A stretch of 49,231 bases of DNA, from the NCBI GenBank assembly GCA_000708835.1, contig DF237581.1, positions 1 to 49,231 on the forward strand, in the 5' to 3' direction. The DNA is from Klebsormidium nitens. Lineage: Eukaryota; Plantae; Klebsormidiophyceae. The position numbers and the translations under genes are program-made. Each line of letters begins with the position of its first letter. Positions within the stretch are counted from its first letter, which is position 1. Shown piece by piece: positions 1-10,927 of the stretch. Below the pieces are notes generated by a model. It did not search any database. It saw nothing but the letters and a program-made list of their open reading frames with translations, and was not told the origin of the DNA.

Positions 1-110
1 TATGCCGTATGAGTGACCTGGAATGACGTATCATTTTCATTTTCGCCGTTAGCCTGAGCGCCTCAGTCTGTTCACCGACATGATATCGCATCGACATAAG
101 ACCGCATGAC

Positions 111-173
111 AGGGAGCACTGGGGTGCTCGGGGGATCACATGCAAGTTGACACTGAGGAAACCTGGAGCCTGC
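111..173 (-). repeat. Dispersed repeat, copy A (inverted relative to copy B at 48686-48749)
   Basis: The reverse complement reads gcaggctccaggtttcctcagtgtcaacttgcatgtgatcccccgagcaccccagtgctccct. It aligns by eye with 48686-48749 (gcaggctccaggttcccaaaagtgtcaatcttacgtgcaatccccgagcacctcagtgctccct). Weaker similarity seems to continue toward about position 15. Confidence 0.75.
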
Positions 174-607
174 GCCAAGCAGCGCAACCCCGGTAGCAGA
201 GACGCTGGCCTCTCGCTCCGGGACACTGGGAGAGACTCGGTGTCAACTTGCGATGTAGAATGATGGCCTTCCAGGCCAAGCTTAATCGCAAAATCTGTTG
301 ACCATGGTCGTGGGCTAGCATTTAGAATCAGTAACCGTAGACCCAATTTATGATGCATACAGAATCTGTAGTGCGTACTTCTTACATGGCACAGACTTGT
401 TGTATCAAGCTTACCAGTATGTATGAATCCAACCATGCAACCGAATGCCTAAAATCATGGGTTGCCCTGCAACGCATGTATCAACTCTGGCCTAAGGAAA
501 AGTGAGGCCAATCTGGGTAACCGGCCCGCCACCCTGTCAACGCACATGTCTTTGATCCTGTTGCTATGTGACATTCTATCCTACTCTGGTACCGTATGTC
601 CTACTAA

Positions 608-987
608 GGGTACCGTCACTTTGAAGTGGCATGCACCCTTTTAGGTGTTCTGCTGGGGGGGGGGGTGCTTGAGGCCTTTCACTTGGGGCGCAGCCCCGGC
701 TGGATCTTTGGTGCAGAATCTTCCCTCTTTTTGCCCATTGGTCTGAACATCTGCATCGAATGCTACAAAAGTGCACTTTTCCAACGCAAAAAAAGAGGTA
801 GAAATGTGTATAATACGACAGTGCTCTACTCCAAAATGTTGACCCAGTTGGTGAGCGACTGGCTCAGGGCCTTGACGGCCATTTTTGGGATGACAAGGCC
901 ATGGGAGGGGGGGGGGCCTTGTGACCCTTGAGTCAAAGTGCCTCGATAAAATACCTGACCGGGTGCCACTTCAAAGTGACGGTACCC
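608..987. mobile_element. Non-autonomous MITE, PIF/Harbinger (Tourist-like), 380 bp
   Basis: Perfect 24-bp terminal inverted repeats GGGTACCGTCACTTTGAAGTGGCA (608-631 and 964-987) are flanked by a TAA target-site duplication (605-607 and 988-990). There is no transposase ORF. A TAA/TTA TSD with G-rich TIR ends is characteristic of PIF/Harbinger. Confidence 0.88.
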
Positions 988-1608
988 TAAGAAGATCTCT
1001 TTATGCATTACAGCCGCGGGCATACAGTTTATAGTCGAAACAGTACGTGACAGCTAGATAGGGGGCCACTCAATGAGAGCGCTTGGTCAAACCACTTCAG
1101 TACGCTGCAACAATGGTCAGACATATGACGACTACACTTCCGTGCAACAAAAGCAATGATGTTATTGCATATGGCTAGTTGTAGATTCGAAGCTTAGGAA
1201 AGTCGCGCATAGACGTTAATTGCAAACATAGGAGATCATGAATGTCAACCTTTACCCGCAGGCCATATGTTTTTTGATCTTATCCAGACAAATTTCGGCA
1301 TGGAGCGCTTGCAACTTAGTCACACATATACCCACATTCACAATACCAAAGTGCATCTAAGCGTAATGAGCAACTTAATCAACAGAGGTATACATTCAGT
1401 CACTGTGAGGTGCATTCCGTCCATATGGCTAGGCTGTTAACTATAGCGTTCCGACTACTCCTATTTAAAGACAGTAGCATGTAAGAATCGGTTAACTGAA
1501 AGCTTTGACCAACCACTGGCCACGGCGTATGCAAAAGCATCACTGAGAAATTGAGTTGACGTTTTCAATGGCCACTGACCCTGAGTCGTTTCTTGATCAT
1601 TCCCCTGC

Positions 1609-3228
1609 TTATGTTACAACTGGAAGTGTCAGGTGAGGTTTTCCAACGAACTTTCTGTACAAGAAGACCGTAAGGACAAAAGACAGCAAAGCTCCTGCCG
1701 CTACAGAAGCTGCTGGCACTTGAGCTGAGTCTGACGTCTGCTTTATTGGCAACCATACCTTGTGGACGAGATCGTCCACATATCCGCAATACAGAGACGA
1801 CTTTGCGCCTTTCTCTACATTCTTCAGCGTCTGTTTCCGTACATCTAGAAAGGATGGGGCAGCACAATACGATGTCAGCGCTGGACTGCTTGGAGATTCT
1901 GAAGGATAGCAGACATCTTCCCAAGCCCAAGCATCAAGATCCTCTTCTTCTCGATACGCTTCCTGAAGCGCAGCGCCACCTGTTGTCCATGTCGCAGTAC
2001 CCCCGAGCGGCAAAGCGACATGGATTGTCTGCCGCTTGCCCTTGCTCAAGATCCTGTGCACGATAGCTCGCATGCTATCGTGGGGATGTCCCCCTGGCGC
2101 CTCAACATCCTCGTTCCCCCACTCTGATGTCCTTGCCCCCTGTTTTGCAAGCGTCGTCGTCCACGCAGCCTCGCTCTTACCACCAGATGTGGCACCAGCC
2201 TGCCCCACCAGGTGACCACCTTCACTCAACCTGTACCGTCCAATCCCCGCAGCTCCGGCCAACTCAGTGCTCGTCATGTCATCCATTGCTGCCGCCTCGG
2301 CCCTCAGTCTTTCTGAAAACTGCTGCAACTCACTCACTCCCGCCACTGCTGTCAACGAACTCAGCCCACTGCCTGCCGTTTTTAAGGCTTGCTCCTCTGC
2401 AGCCGGTGGCTCAAAGGGCTCCGCCAGTGGCAAACTGTCGCCAGATGGTGTTTGGAAGCTAGCCTCCAGAGAACCAAAAGGAATTGGAAGTGCCCCCCCT
2501 TTTGCGTCCGTCTCTCCCTGAACTTTGTTATCAAACTTTCCACTCTTCGCTAGCTCAATGCGTTCCCAGAAGCTCAAACCCAGAGTAGCTTGTCTTTCCT
2601 GGACGCAACCGCTAAAATCCCGTGCACCGCCGGGTGTCCCATCCCTTCCGCTATCTCCTTGCCAAGGGCTAGCAAACTGACAAAGGTCATCTGTTTCGTC
2701 AGAACGGTCTCTCTCAGGAGTACTGAATATCTGCCTGGCGGTCATGAATCCCCTCAGTGGTGAGCGAGGGGGCCTTCTCACGCCGAAGAGTCCCTCAGTG
2801 TATGAGGACGGACTTAGGCTGCCGGAGCTCCTTGGCCTTGCACCTTCTACCAACCTGGCACCGCCCGAATGCAGGTCAATTTCGCTTGGCGAGCGGCTCT
2901 GGTCAAACAGCGGGTTGGCAGTGCCTAAGACAGCTTCCTTCCTAGACACTCCTAGGAAGGAATCGGAGACGGGCTCGAGATCCTGTGCCGTACTTTGCAG
3001 CTCTGCGTTACAGCGTGCATTATGATCTTCGTAATACCTGTCTGGCGAGCACAAATCAGGACTACTGCAGTGTGGCCCTGCATTGCTCATGGTTCCAAGG
3101 TAGCGCATGTTTGGGCAACCAGCAATTGGCGTCAAGCTTCCAGTGGCATAAGCAGGTGGGAACCCGGCCACTGTGGAACCTCCGCTATCCTCGGCGCTCA
3201 GGACCTGTCCGCCATAGCCCCACGCCAT
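1609..3228 (-). CDS. Hypothetical 539-aa Ser/Pro/Gly-rich protein with a C-terminal transmembrane helix (tail-anchored-like); single large exon, possibly with an upstream exon
   Basis: 1.6-kb uninterrupted ORF with coding-like codon pattern. It ends in the hydrophobic stretch AASVAAGALLSFVLTVFLY followed by RKFVGK. An in-frame acceptor (gagcag|GCG) lies just 5' of the ATG, so the true start is uncertain. No family recognised. Confidence 0.6.
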   Translation of the reverse strand: MAWGYGGQVLSAEDSGGSTVAGFPPAYATGSLTPIAGCPNMRYLGTMSNAGPHCSSPDLCSPDRYYEDHNARCNAELQSTAQDLEPVSDSFLGVSRKEAVLGTANPLFDQSRSPSEIDLHSGGARLVEGARPRSSGSLSPSSYTEGLFGVRRPPRSPLRGFMTARQIFSTPERDRSDETDDLCQFASPWQGDSGRDGTPGGARDFSGCVQERQATLGLSFWERIELAKSGKFDNKVQGETDAKGGALPIPFGSLEASFQTPSGDSLPLAEPFEPPAAEEQALKTAGSGLSSLTAVAGVSELQQFSERLRAEAAAMDDMTSTELAGAAGIGRYRLSEGGHLVGQAGATSGGKSEAAWTTTLAKQGARTSEWGNEDVEAPGGHPHDSMRAIVHRILSKGKRQTIHVALPLGGTATWTTGGAALQEAYREEEDLDAWAWEDVCYPSESPSSPALTSYCAAPSFLDVRKQTLKNVEKGAKSSLYCGYVDDLVHKVWLPIKQTSDSAQVPAASVAAGALLSFVLTVFLYRKFVGKPHLTLPVVT

Positions 3229-3653
3229 TGAGGTTCTAACAACCGCCTGCTCATATCAATGTGCTGAAGAATGCTGTTTCAAGGTGCGCCATAGCACCGT
3301 CACATGGCGCCTCGATCAGCAAGGTCAAGGTGGGACCACCACTGCCAGCGTTTTAAATGCTCTGCCACAGGTAGATTCGTACCTGGGGTCTTTTCGAGTC
3401 TACTCTCAGTCTACCTGCTCTACGCTGTCAACACGGTAGTCTCTAAAGACTTGACTCTGACTCTGTGATCAGCGTCAGCGTTTAACTTTAAGCTCTCCCT
3501 CGCAAATGCACGACATGTCAACCTCGCCGTTTCTTCGAAGTAAAGTACATCTGCCTCACTCAAAAATGGTGGAGCGCCAGTGTCAGGTGCAAAAGCAGCT
3601 TTTTCTCATTCAAAGCGCACCATAAGTACGTAAGATGACGATGGTGAGGAGCG

Positions 3654-5114
3654 ATGTGGTTATTTGTTCCAGCTCTGGCTGTTGCTGTTGCTGGCCTCCG
3701 TGCGTGGTGGCGTTGGAACACAACTTCGATGGAGGCCCAATCAGCGCGGGATTGGGACACTCCACAAGCTTTCCTACTTCTGGGTGAGCAAGCCGTTTTT
3801 GCAGCTTGCTATCATAAATGTTAGCAGAAGAAAGATCGTGCTTCTCTTCTTTCGGTTTTCTGGATCAGTACCCTCCTGCTGCCAAGATAAGCTGGCAGAC
3901 TTCAATTTTCAGATTTGGATTTAAGAGGACATGACGGCCTCCTAACCTTCTGTGGCAGGTGGTGACAGGGAGAGGGAGGCCTTGGCAGCCTGCATGTTTG
4001 GCAAGCTCTTAGAACAGACACCGCTGTGCTGGCCTGTCTATGTGAGCTCCGCACACGAGGACATCCTTGATGTAATGACTCGATGGGGGGTGGTGCCGCC
4101 TCAGTTGATCATCGATGACAGAGCGCTCGACACGGTGACGAACTTCACGAGTCTTCTTGGTGACTTCCGAAGAAGGAAAATGTGAGAAGTGAGATAAGCT
4201 TTCTTTTCCTATAGCGTCATGCTGTTCTTGTTGGAAGTACACTGGTCAAGTTTGTGAAGCCCCCTGACAGTTTCTTTGTAGAAGGAAGTCTCTTGTTGAG
4301 GGTAGGGGGAAGGGTCTTGTGACGTTTACTTTGACAAGGTCATTTTGATGCTCCTTTCAGCAGCCATCTGTGGCTTGTCACCTCAGACTACCACATGCCA
4401 CGAGCTCATGCTGTGGCTCGTATCCTCCTTGCTGGCCATGGTGTCGCTCACTCATGCCTCAGGTAAGCTTGCAAAGCGCTTGCTTGCATACATCTCCCCT
4501 CTGATCGACCATGCTTTTCAAATACGATCCTTAATTGGATCTTGAGACTTTCTTAGCCCCGGGATACTTTCTTGAAGTTTACAGAGGACTGCCTTTGAGT
4601 TCGATACCATTGTTTGGTCAACTGTGAGTCATAGTCTATCTCATAATCATACCGGTGATTATGGGAGTCCGATATGTCCAAGGGTCAAGAAGAACAGTTT
4701 GTGGTTCAAAGGTCGAAAGAGAGAATTGTTGGTGAAAAGTCTGCCGAGCTCAAGGAGCAAGGAGCATGGCCAGTTCATTAGAGCCTCAGATTTGAGACTG
4801 TTAGCTTGCAACTTGTCCTCCTGGTTCTAAGTTGAAGTTCTGTGAAGAGCGTAGTTCACCCCTATTGCAAAAGCGTATACACAACTTCCCAAGACTCATA
4901 CAAGTTGTTTGGTTTTCCCAGTCTTCCTTGCAGTGCCAACGCAGATTCGAAACTCGTCAAGTCAGAAACACGAGCACGGATAGCACGAGATCAGCTTCGG
5001 GCATACTTGTGGCTATCAACAGGTTTCCATGGTGCTGATTTTCTCCGTTTCACAAAACCTTCACGGTACAGGCACCACATATTGAGACAATCTAGAGGTT
5101 CGCTGGCTCGCTGA
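3654..5114 (+). CDS. DUF218 / YdcF-like (ElyC/SanA family) protein, about 211 aa, 4 exons
   Basis: Exons 3654-3783, 3959-4181, 4361-4462 and 4934-5114, all GT-AG, total 636 nt in frame. Motifs: PQAFLLLGGDRERE, VYVSS, DRALDTVTNFTSL, LWLVTSDYHMPRA (the DUF218 VTSxxHMPRA signature) and SETRARIARDQLRAYLWLSTG. N-terminal hydrophobic anchor. Confidence 0.82.
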
Positions 5115-5987
5115 GCATTCGCATTGACTTTGTGCGTATCTATCAGCTCAGATTCTTAAGGCATGTGCCTCACCCCAGAACAACAGCCTTCGGTGCATAC
5201 TATATCTTAGGATCGGGGTGCAATGAAGGCCAATAAGCGATCCGGACCTGGTTGGGTTGCTATCATGCAGATACTAAGCCTCAGCGAGGTCATCAAGTTC
5301 AATCGAATCCATCTGATCACTTATGAATGGATGACATACATTCTCCGGCGTTTACTAGTTGCCTGACATGTGACTTATTATTCTTGATCGAACATGCAAT
5401 GATGATAGCACCGACCGTGGGCCAACATGCATAAGCTAGGCCAACATATGATTAGCTTGAATATTATATACTTATGGAGAACCAAATATATAACGGCCTC
5501 AAATCATGCTATAGTAGCCAACTTTTCATTTGAAATTTCGGAGGTAGATATATCGTGCAGTCTATATATTACGTACCGGGCTATCTTTACATGGATCATG
5601 CACAGCTAGGATCAGATCGCCGTAGCTGCGCCGCGCGTTTGTAGCCTGATTTTGCGCTGGCAGGCACATGCGTAGATACTTGATTGTGCCAACATCAGGC
5701 CAATGCACGCTGAATGCAATATATATGCGGCAGCTTGACGACTCATGCTCCGACCGAACCAATGCATGGGGATATGCCGCCCGTCTGCCATATGCCACCT
5801 GACTGACCAACTCAAGTTTCAGGTCCGGCCTCCATCCGACTGGGTGGTATTTGCGTTACAAAGTAGCGACGCACATAACGCACAGTTTCAGCTTTTTTCT
5901 TATCTGGCTTCCGTCAATATAGTCTGCTCCTCATAAAATCCTTGCCCTTTATTGCGTTGCTTTGGTCGACATATTCGTGCAGCTGTC

Positions 5988-8900
5988 CTATCGATGACCA
6001 ATTGCTAGGGCTGTTGTCAAAAGTCCGAAAACTAGGAAGGGCTGTGCGCTCGCCTGCAAGCAGTAAATTGTGTGTAAGAACGTCTCCTTGCAGGAAATTT
6101 AAATGCATAAGCATCATAACATACGTTGTCGAACATTCTCATTCCACGCCTGCCTTCCCTTTCTTACCAACCGGGTACGGGCTGGCCACGCAATTCTGTG
6201 GGGCCAAGTGCTTGCGATGATTTGACACTCTTTGTGCACCGAGATGACGTCACACGCTGTCACAAGAAAGAAACAATCGCGATAGTAGAAGCGCTGACCT
6301 GGTACTTGACGTCGTTCTTGATCGGGTCCGGGATGAAGTACTTGTACTGAAAGAAGATCTGCGGCAGGATGAGCCCCAGCAGCACCGCCGCGTACGTCGT
6401 CTGCCCCGTCGCCGCCAGGTACGCCGCCACCGACAGCTGCGTCGCGTCGATCGAGGCGACGCAGATCCACTTGGCGGTGTCCACGCCGAAGGCGACCGGC
6501 AACGAGTTGAGGCCCATGGCGCGGTCGCCCTCGATGCTCTTGAAGTCGTTGACGATGGCGATGCCCAGCCCCGCGATGCTGTAGAGCAGCGTGAGCACGA
6601 CCACGTCCGGAGTAATGCTGCCAAAGACGGCCTGGCCCGCCCACCAGGGAAGCGAAATGTACGAAGACCCCAGCGCGTAGTTGCCGATCCAGCCGCTCTG
6701 CTTCAACTTCAGGGGTGGTGCGCTGTAGATGTACGACAAGAAGGAGCCGCCGGCAGAGAGCGCGAGCACAATAGGGAACTCGTGGCCCGCCTGCGGCAGC
6801 AGCGGGACAAGAGCAGCGTCAGCGTCACGAAATGCACGAGGGCTAGAACGGATGAAGCGATGAGAGTCTGCTGCTGCCCCGACGGACAACCCGTATCGCC
6901 GGCAAGGGCCTCGATAAACTGACTGCTGGCGGCGACGTTTTCGTTTGATCCTCCTACGGCCTTTCTAGAATGACTCTTTTTACACGTGCCACTTATCAGA
7001 TTGACTCTCGCAGGTAGCCGTTCTAGGAGCTGACACCCGCGATTTGAGGAAATCGTATAACCGAAAAGCAGGGGTTGCAGCAATTGACACTCTCGCATGC
7101 CTTACCCAGACATCCAGGCCGTATGCAACGGCGAGGCCACCTAGAAGAAGTACCCAGATTTGAGCAATGACCTGCAACAGTGTCAAAGAGGGGATGGTCT
7201 GAGCGACACAGACAACAGCACACGACGGGAGTCAAGTTTCGCTGCGTCCATAGACGGTTTGCGGCTGTCCTAAAGACGCAGACCAGATATCATGTCCACA
7301 CAACAATGACGAGTCCTCAGGGCGACGGAGTTGTAAGCAATTCACTGACAAACACATTCATTGACACCGTCATCTAGAAGAAGGCACGTCACACAACTGT
7401 ATGACTTGCTAAAGAAACAGCAGGCGCAAATGCTCCAGGAGTGGAGAAGCATGCTTACGTCCGACTCAGGGATGGCGCCGGACGGGATAGGTCGGTAGGG
7501 CTCGTTGATTGCATCGATTTCTCTATCGTACCAGTCGTTGATGGTCTGGGAAAGAACGCAATGGCTCGTTAGTCAGTGAATGTACTTGGGTCGAAGTACT
7601 CTCGGGGTCTGTGGAAACATACAGATATACCAAGTAGACTGAGGAAAGCTCTTTAGCAGAGCTTTGCCGATCCGAAACGAACTTCTAGAAAAGCGTTCCT
7701 TTGAGCTCCCAAATCGTTCCACAAAGAAAGCACAAAACTGGACGAGGTTGACAGACGACTTTTCGTGTTTGGAGAATGTGCCGCAAATGAAGTGCTGCTT
7801 TGTCGGGTGTGCTGACCTGCGTGTAGCCTGTCAGCAGCGGCCCCGAGAGGAACATCGTCACTACCGACTTCGCCACGTCCTCTGGAGTCCATTCAAAGTT
7901 GCCTGCACGGCCGCCAGCAGAAATGGTTTAGAAAGCAACACAACGCATATCGCCGGGGTGCCAAGAGAGGAAGGCTCTCCTGTCTCATGACATCGTTCAT
8001 GCGTACCTGTGGTCCAAAGTTTCAAACCGGATTGCATACCTCGTACGGCAACAGTGACAAAACGGTCCGCTCCGAGCCACGAGCGGCAACAAGAATGGCA
8101 AGCCCAGATGTCAAATAGACGGTTGCTTAGCGTCATCTTGATTCGTCCTCTCCCAAACGGGTTTCTGCATCTCAAGGGGTTGCCCAGCCTGACCGAGCTC
8201 AACTTGGAGAGACAACTCACCTGATGCTGCAGCTCCGCACAGCACTCCCCAGATAAGAGGGACCCAGGTCACGGGTTTCGTCAACTGTAGCCGAATCTTC
8301 CAGATATCCTGCACAACAAAGAAATGGACACGGACATTCAGTCAAACGGTGACAGAAACCCTTCCCCACTAAAGGCGCCGAAACGCCCCAACATGTCACT
8401 GGACGGACAATTGTCAAACGGAATAATCCAGTCTGCATTGGGTGTGAAGAAAGGGTATGTGCCGCACAGAACAGAGGGACATAGTTGCAGTCGTCTGTCT
8501 GGTCCACTCACTGCGGATTGGCCCGCCCCGCGGATGCCGAGAAGCTGGTTCAATGCCGACTTCCCGTCCTCAACAGCCTCCTTGACAGGAGCAACATCAG
8601 GAACGGAACGGGCTGCAGGCAAACAGCAGAACATCTAACGACTGAATCATGCATTACAAAGCACGCGGAACTTAGTGACTTACTAGGGGATATTTCAGAC
8701 AATGTTAAACCCCAAGATCGAAGGTCTTCACAGCTGACGTGTCGATTGAAGGAAAAAGCACGGGGAAAACCTGATGCATTGGTGGTATTTGAGCAGTAGC
8801 GGCGCAAGATGACGGGCAAGCCCTGAGCCATAGATCTGACATCCAAGCAATTTCGCAAGCTGGCTCGTGAAGTTTCTCTAAATTCTCCAAGTTTCTCCAA

Positions 8901-9610
8901 CTTCTCAAGTTTCTCCAACTTCTCCAAGTTTCTCCAGATTCTCAAGTTTCTCCAGCTTCTCCAAGTTTCCCAGATTCTCAAGTTTCTCCAAGTTTTGTTC
9001 CAGCAGGATATGGAAAGTGTTCCATGATGGAACAAGTGGAAGCTCACATTCCTTGGTGCCTGTCTCTGGCTTTGCTTCGGCTCTTATTTGCCTGGCTGCA
9101 CGACCAACAGGCGACAAGGTTTTTGAGTCAACTCTCACCGCTGCAATAAGAGTCCTGAATTCAGTAGCCCTGCCAAACTGTATCCGTAGGTGAGCAGAAT
9201 CTACCGTCCTAGGCATCCAGGTGTAGTCCTCTACAGCATAATGGGGCTAGGAAAGGCAACCAAGCAGGCAGCAGGTGATTCACTTTAACCCGTCCTTTCA
9301 CCACCACAATCAACATCAGGACACGGAAAAGCAGGAAAATGTGAGACGCTGCCTGTCCTCATGCGCTCAGCCACACTGAACAAACCCAGTAGACACCCCC
9401 AGCAAGGGCGTCCTCACCTTTTCGAGACTTGCTCGGAAGAATTTTGCAGAGTGGTATGCTCTTCCCAACAAATGTGGACTCCCTCGTATGCCTCTCTGGA
9501 AGCAGAGGCAGGGCCGACAAGCTTCCAGTCACTGGAGACGTCCTCGCTGAAGAGGCCACTGCACCCAAGCCGGCCACTCCAGTGCACGTCCTCAAGGTGG
9601 CGGACGCCAT
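5988..9610 (-). CDS. CHLG: Chlorophyll synthase (UbiA prenyltransferase family), about 423 aa with plastid transit peptide, 9 exons
   Basis: Exons 9418-9610, 9048-9140, 8512-8612, 8221-8308, 7817-7902, 7459-7545, 7106-7171, 6299-6790 and 5988-6053 (1272 nt). Motifs: WKIRLQLTKPVTW, TINDWYDREIDAINEPYRPIPSG, SYIYSAPPLKLKQSGW, IVNDFKSIEGDR and KYQASAQPFLV. Confidence 0.97.
8872..8994. repeat. Degenerate 9-10-nt tandem minisatellite (TTCTCCAAG(T)-like) in CHLG intron 2
   Basis: About a dozen variants of ttctccaag / ttctcaag / ttctccag occur in tandem inside the intron 8613-9047. Confidence 0.85.
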
Positions 9611-10927
9611 CGTGCCTGCAGACGCCACGTACGGCTCAGCTTGCCAAGCAGCACTGCGAGTTGCAACAGCTTTATGGTTGCAGCGGTACTGCACATGTTG
9701 ATTGCCAGTCCTCAAGAAGCTAATTGTCCTTCTCCAGGTGAAGCCTAGTTCTTACTCTTACAGCTGCATACAAACTCTACCACCACCAACTTTGGTGAAA
9801 CCCCCAAAAACAGAGTCAAGCCGCCACACACGAAAATGCAATGCAAGAGAGAACGACCTCAGGGGGCTTTACATTATCGATGCCTGCATTAGCAGAGAGA
9901 CAAAAAGAGACAAGAGCAGGCCTCTGGCAAATGCTGCTCACAAAATTCCAAATTTTGTTATGCGCTCCGAGGATAAAACCAAAGTGCAGATTTTCCAAAA
10001 AGGTGCAATGCCACATCTCCACAGAGCTAGCCGATATCCAAGCAGCAGCAAAAAAGGCTGATGGCGCTTGAAATGCTTCAACAAAACCTCGTAAGAGCAT
10101 GAGGAATCCAGTCTGCACACTTCCACACAAGGACAGATTCTTTCAAACGGGTCACATTGCTGTGTCAAACCGCGAAGTTTGTCGCAACAATAGAAGCCAG
10201 TTGGCGATGCAGAGGGCAATGACTTCTGAAGCCCCACCAAGTGGAACCGCTTGCTCACCAACTCCTCCAAGCTGCTTTATCCACCTGAAACGACGAATGC
10301 GTCTCAGGGTCGATGGCGCTTGACTGGCTCTGCCACAATCTACTAAAGGGAGTTTGTTTCAGGTATGCATGGTGGCACAGAGCTCCAGTCTTCAGTCCGA
10401 GTCTGACGCTGAGCAGGCTCGATCGAATGAGCAGAGTGCTGATCTACAGCTCATGGGATTGTTCTGGGTTAACAATACCTGTTAAAACTACCGATCCCCG
10501 GAAGTCAACAATCGGCTGCACTTCCCTTCAGATGCCAGTCGCAGGAAGTCCCGGTCTTTGCAGTCGCAGAAAGGCTGAGCAAGCTCGGGGTACGGTCCCG
10601 AGTGGCATTAACCCCCTATAGTTCCTGTGTTCTCATAACCAGCCAGCTAGCTCGCGAAGAACCAGAATCAGTCCGAACACTACCATGAACGAACTTGTTC
10701 AAGTTGTTGAGCCTTGACTCTGAGGGCGCCAGACGCGCCAATCAACATCGACGTTGACATCATGTTTCTGAAGCACAAAACATGTTCTGAAGCTAGGTAC
10801 TTCTAAGATTCGTAAGAAGAAGCTCGACGAAGGATGAGGAAGCCCGCCAGCGACAGCTTACGTCTCTTCTACAGCACTTGTGTGCAGCATTGCGCCTGTG
10901 AATGAGCAGCTTCTTGGGGTTTCAGCG

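Noticed and set aside
6114-6644. Many long alternative-frame and antisense ORFs over GC-rich exons (also around 11519-12932, 16060-17473, 33990-34487 and 37725-38465)
   Set aside because: They are shadows of high-GC3 coding exons, which lack stops in other frames. They are Arg/Pro/Ala-rich with no motifs, and the real frame is already explained.
8550-9047. 165-aa and 103-aa ORFs with LEKLEKLE or WRNL repeats
   Set aside because: These are translations of the intronic minisatellite inside CHLG intron 2.
9700-10900. Several 75-120 aa ORFs and a possible donor near 10090 between CHLG and RING-WD40
   Set aside because: No consistent exon chain or recognisable motif. More simply explained as promoter and 5'-UTR sequence of the divergent pair.
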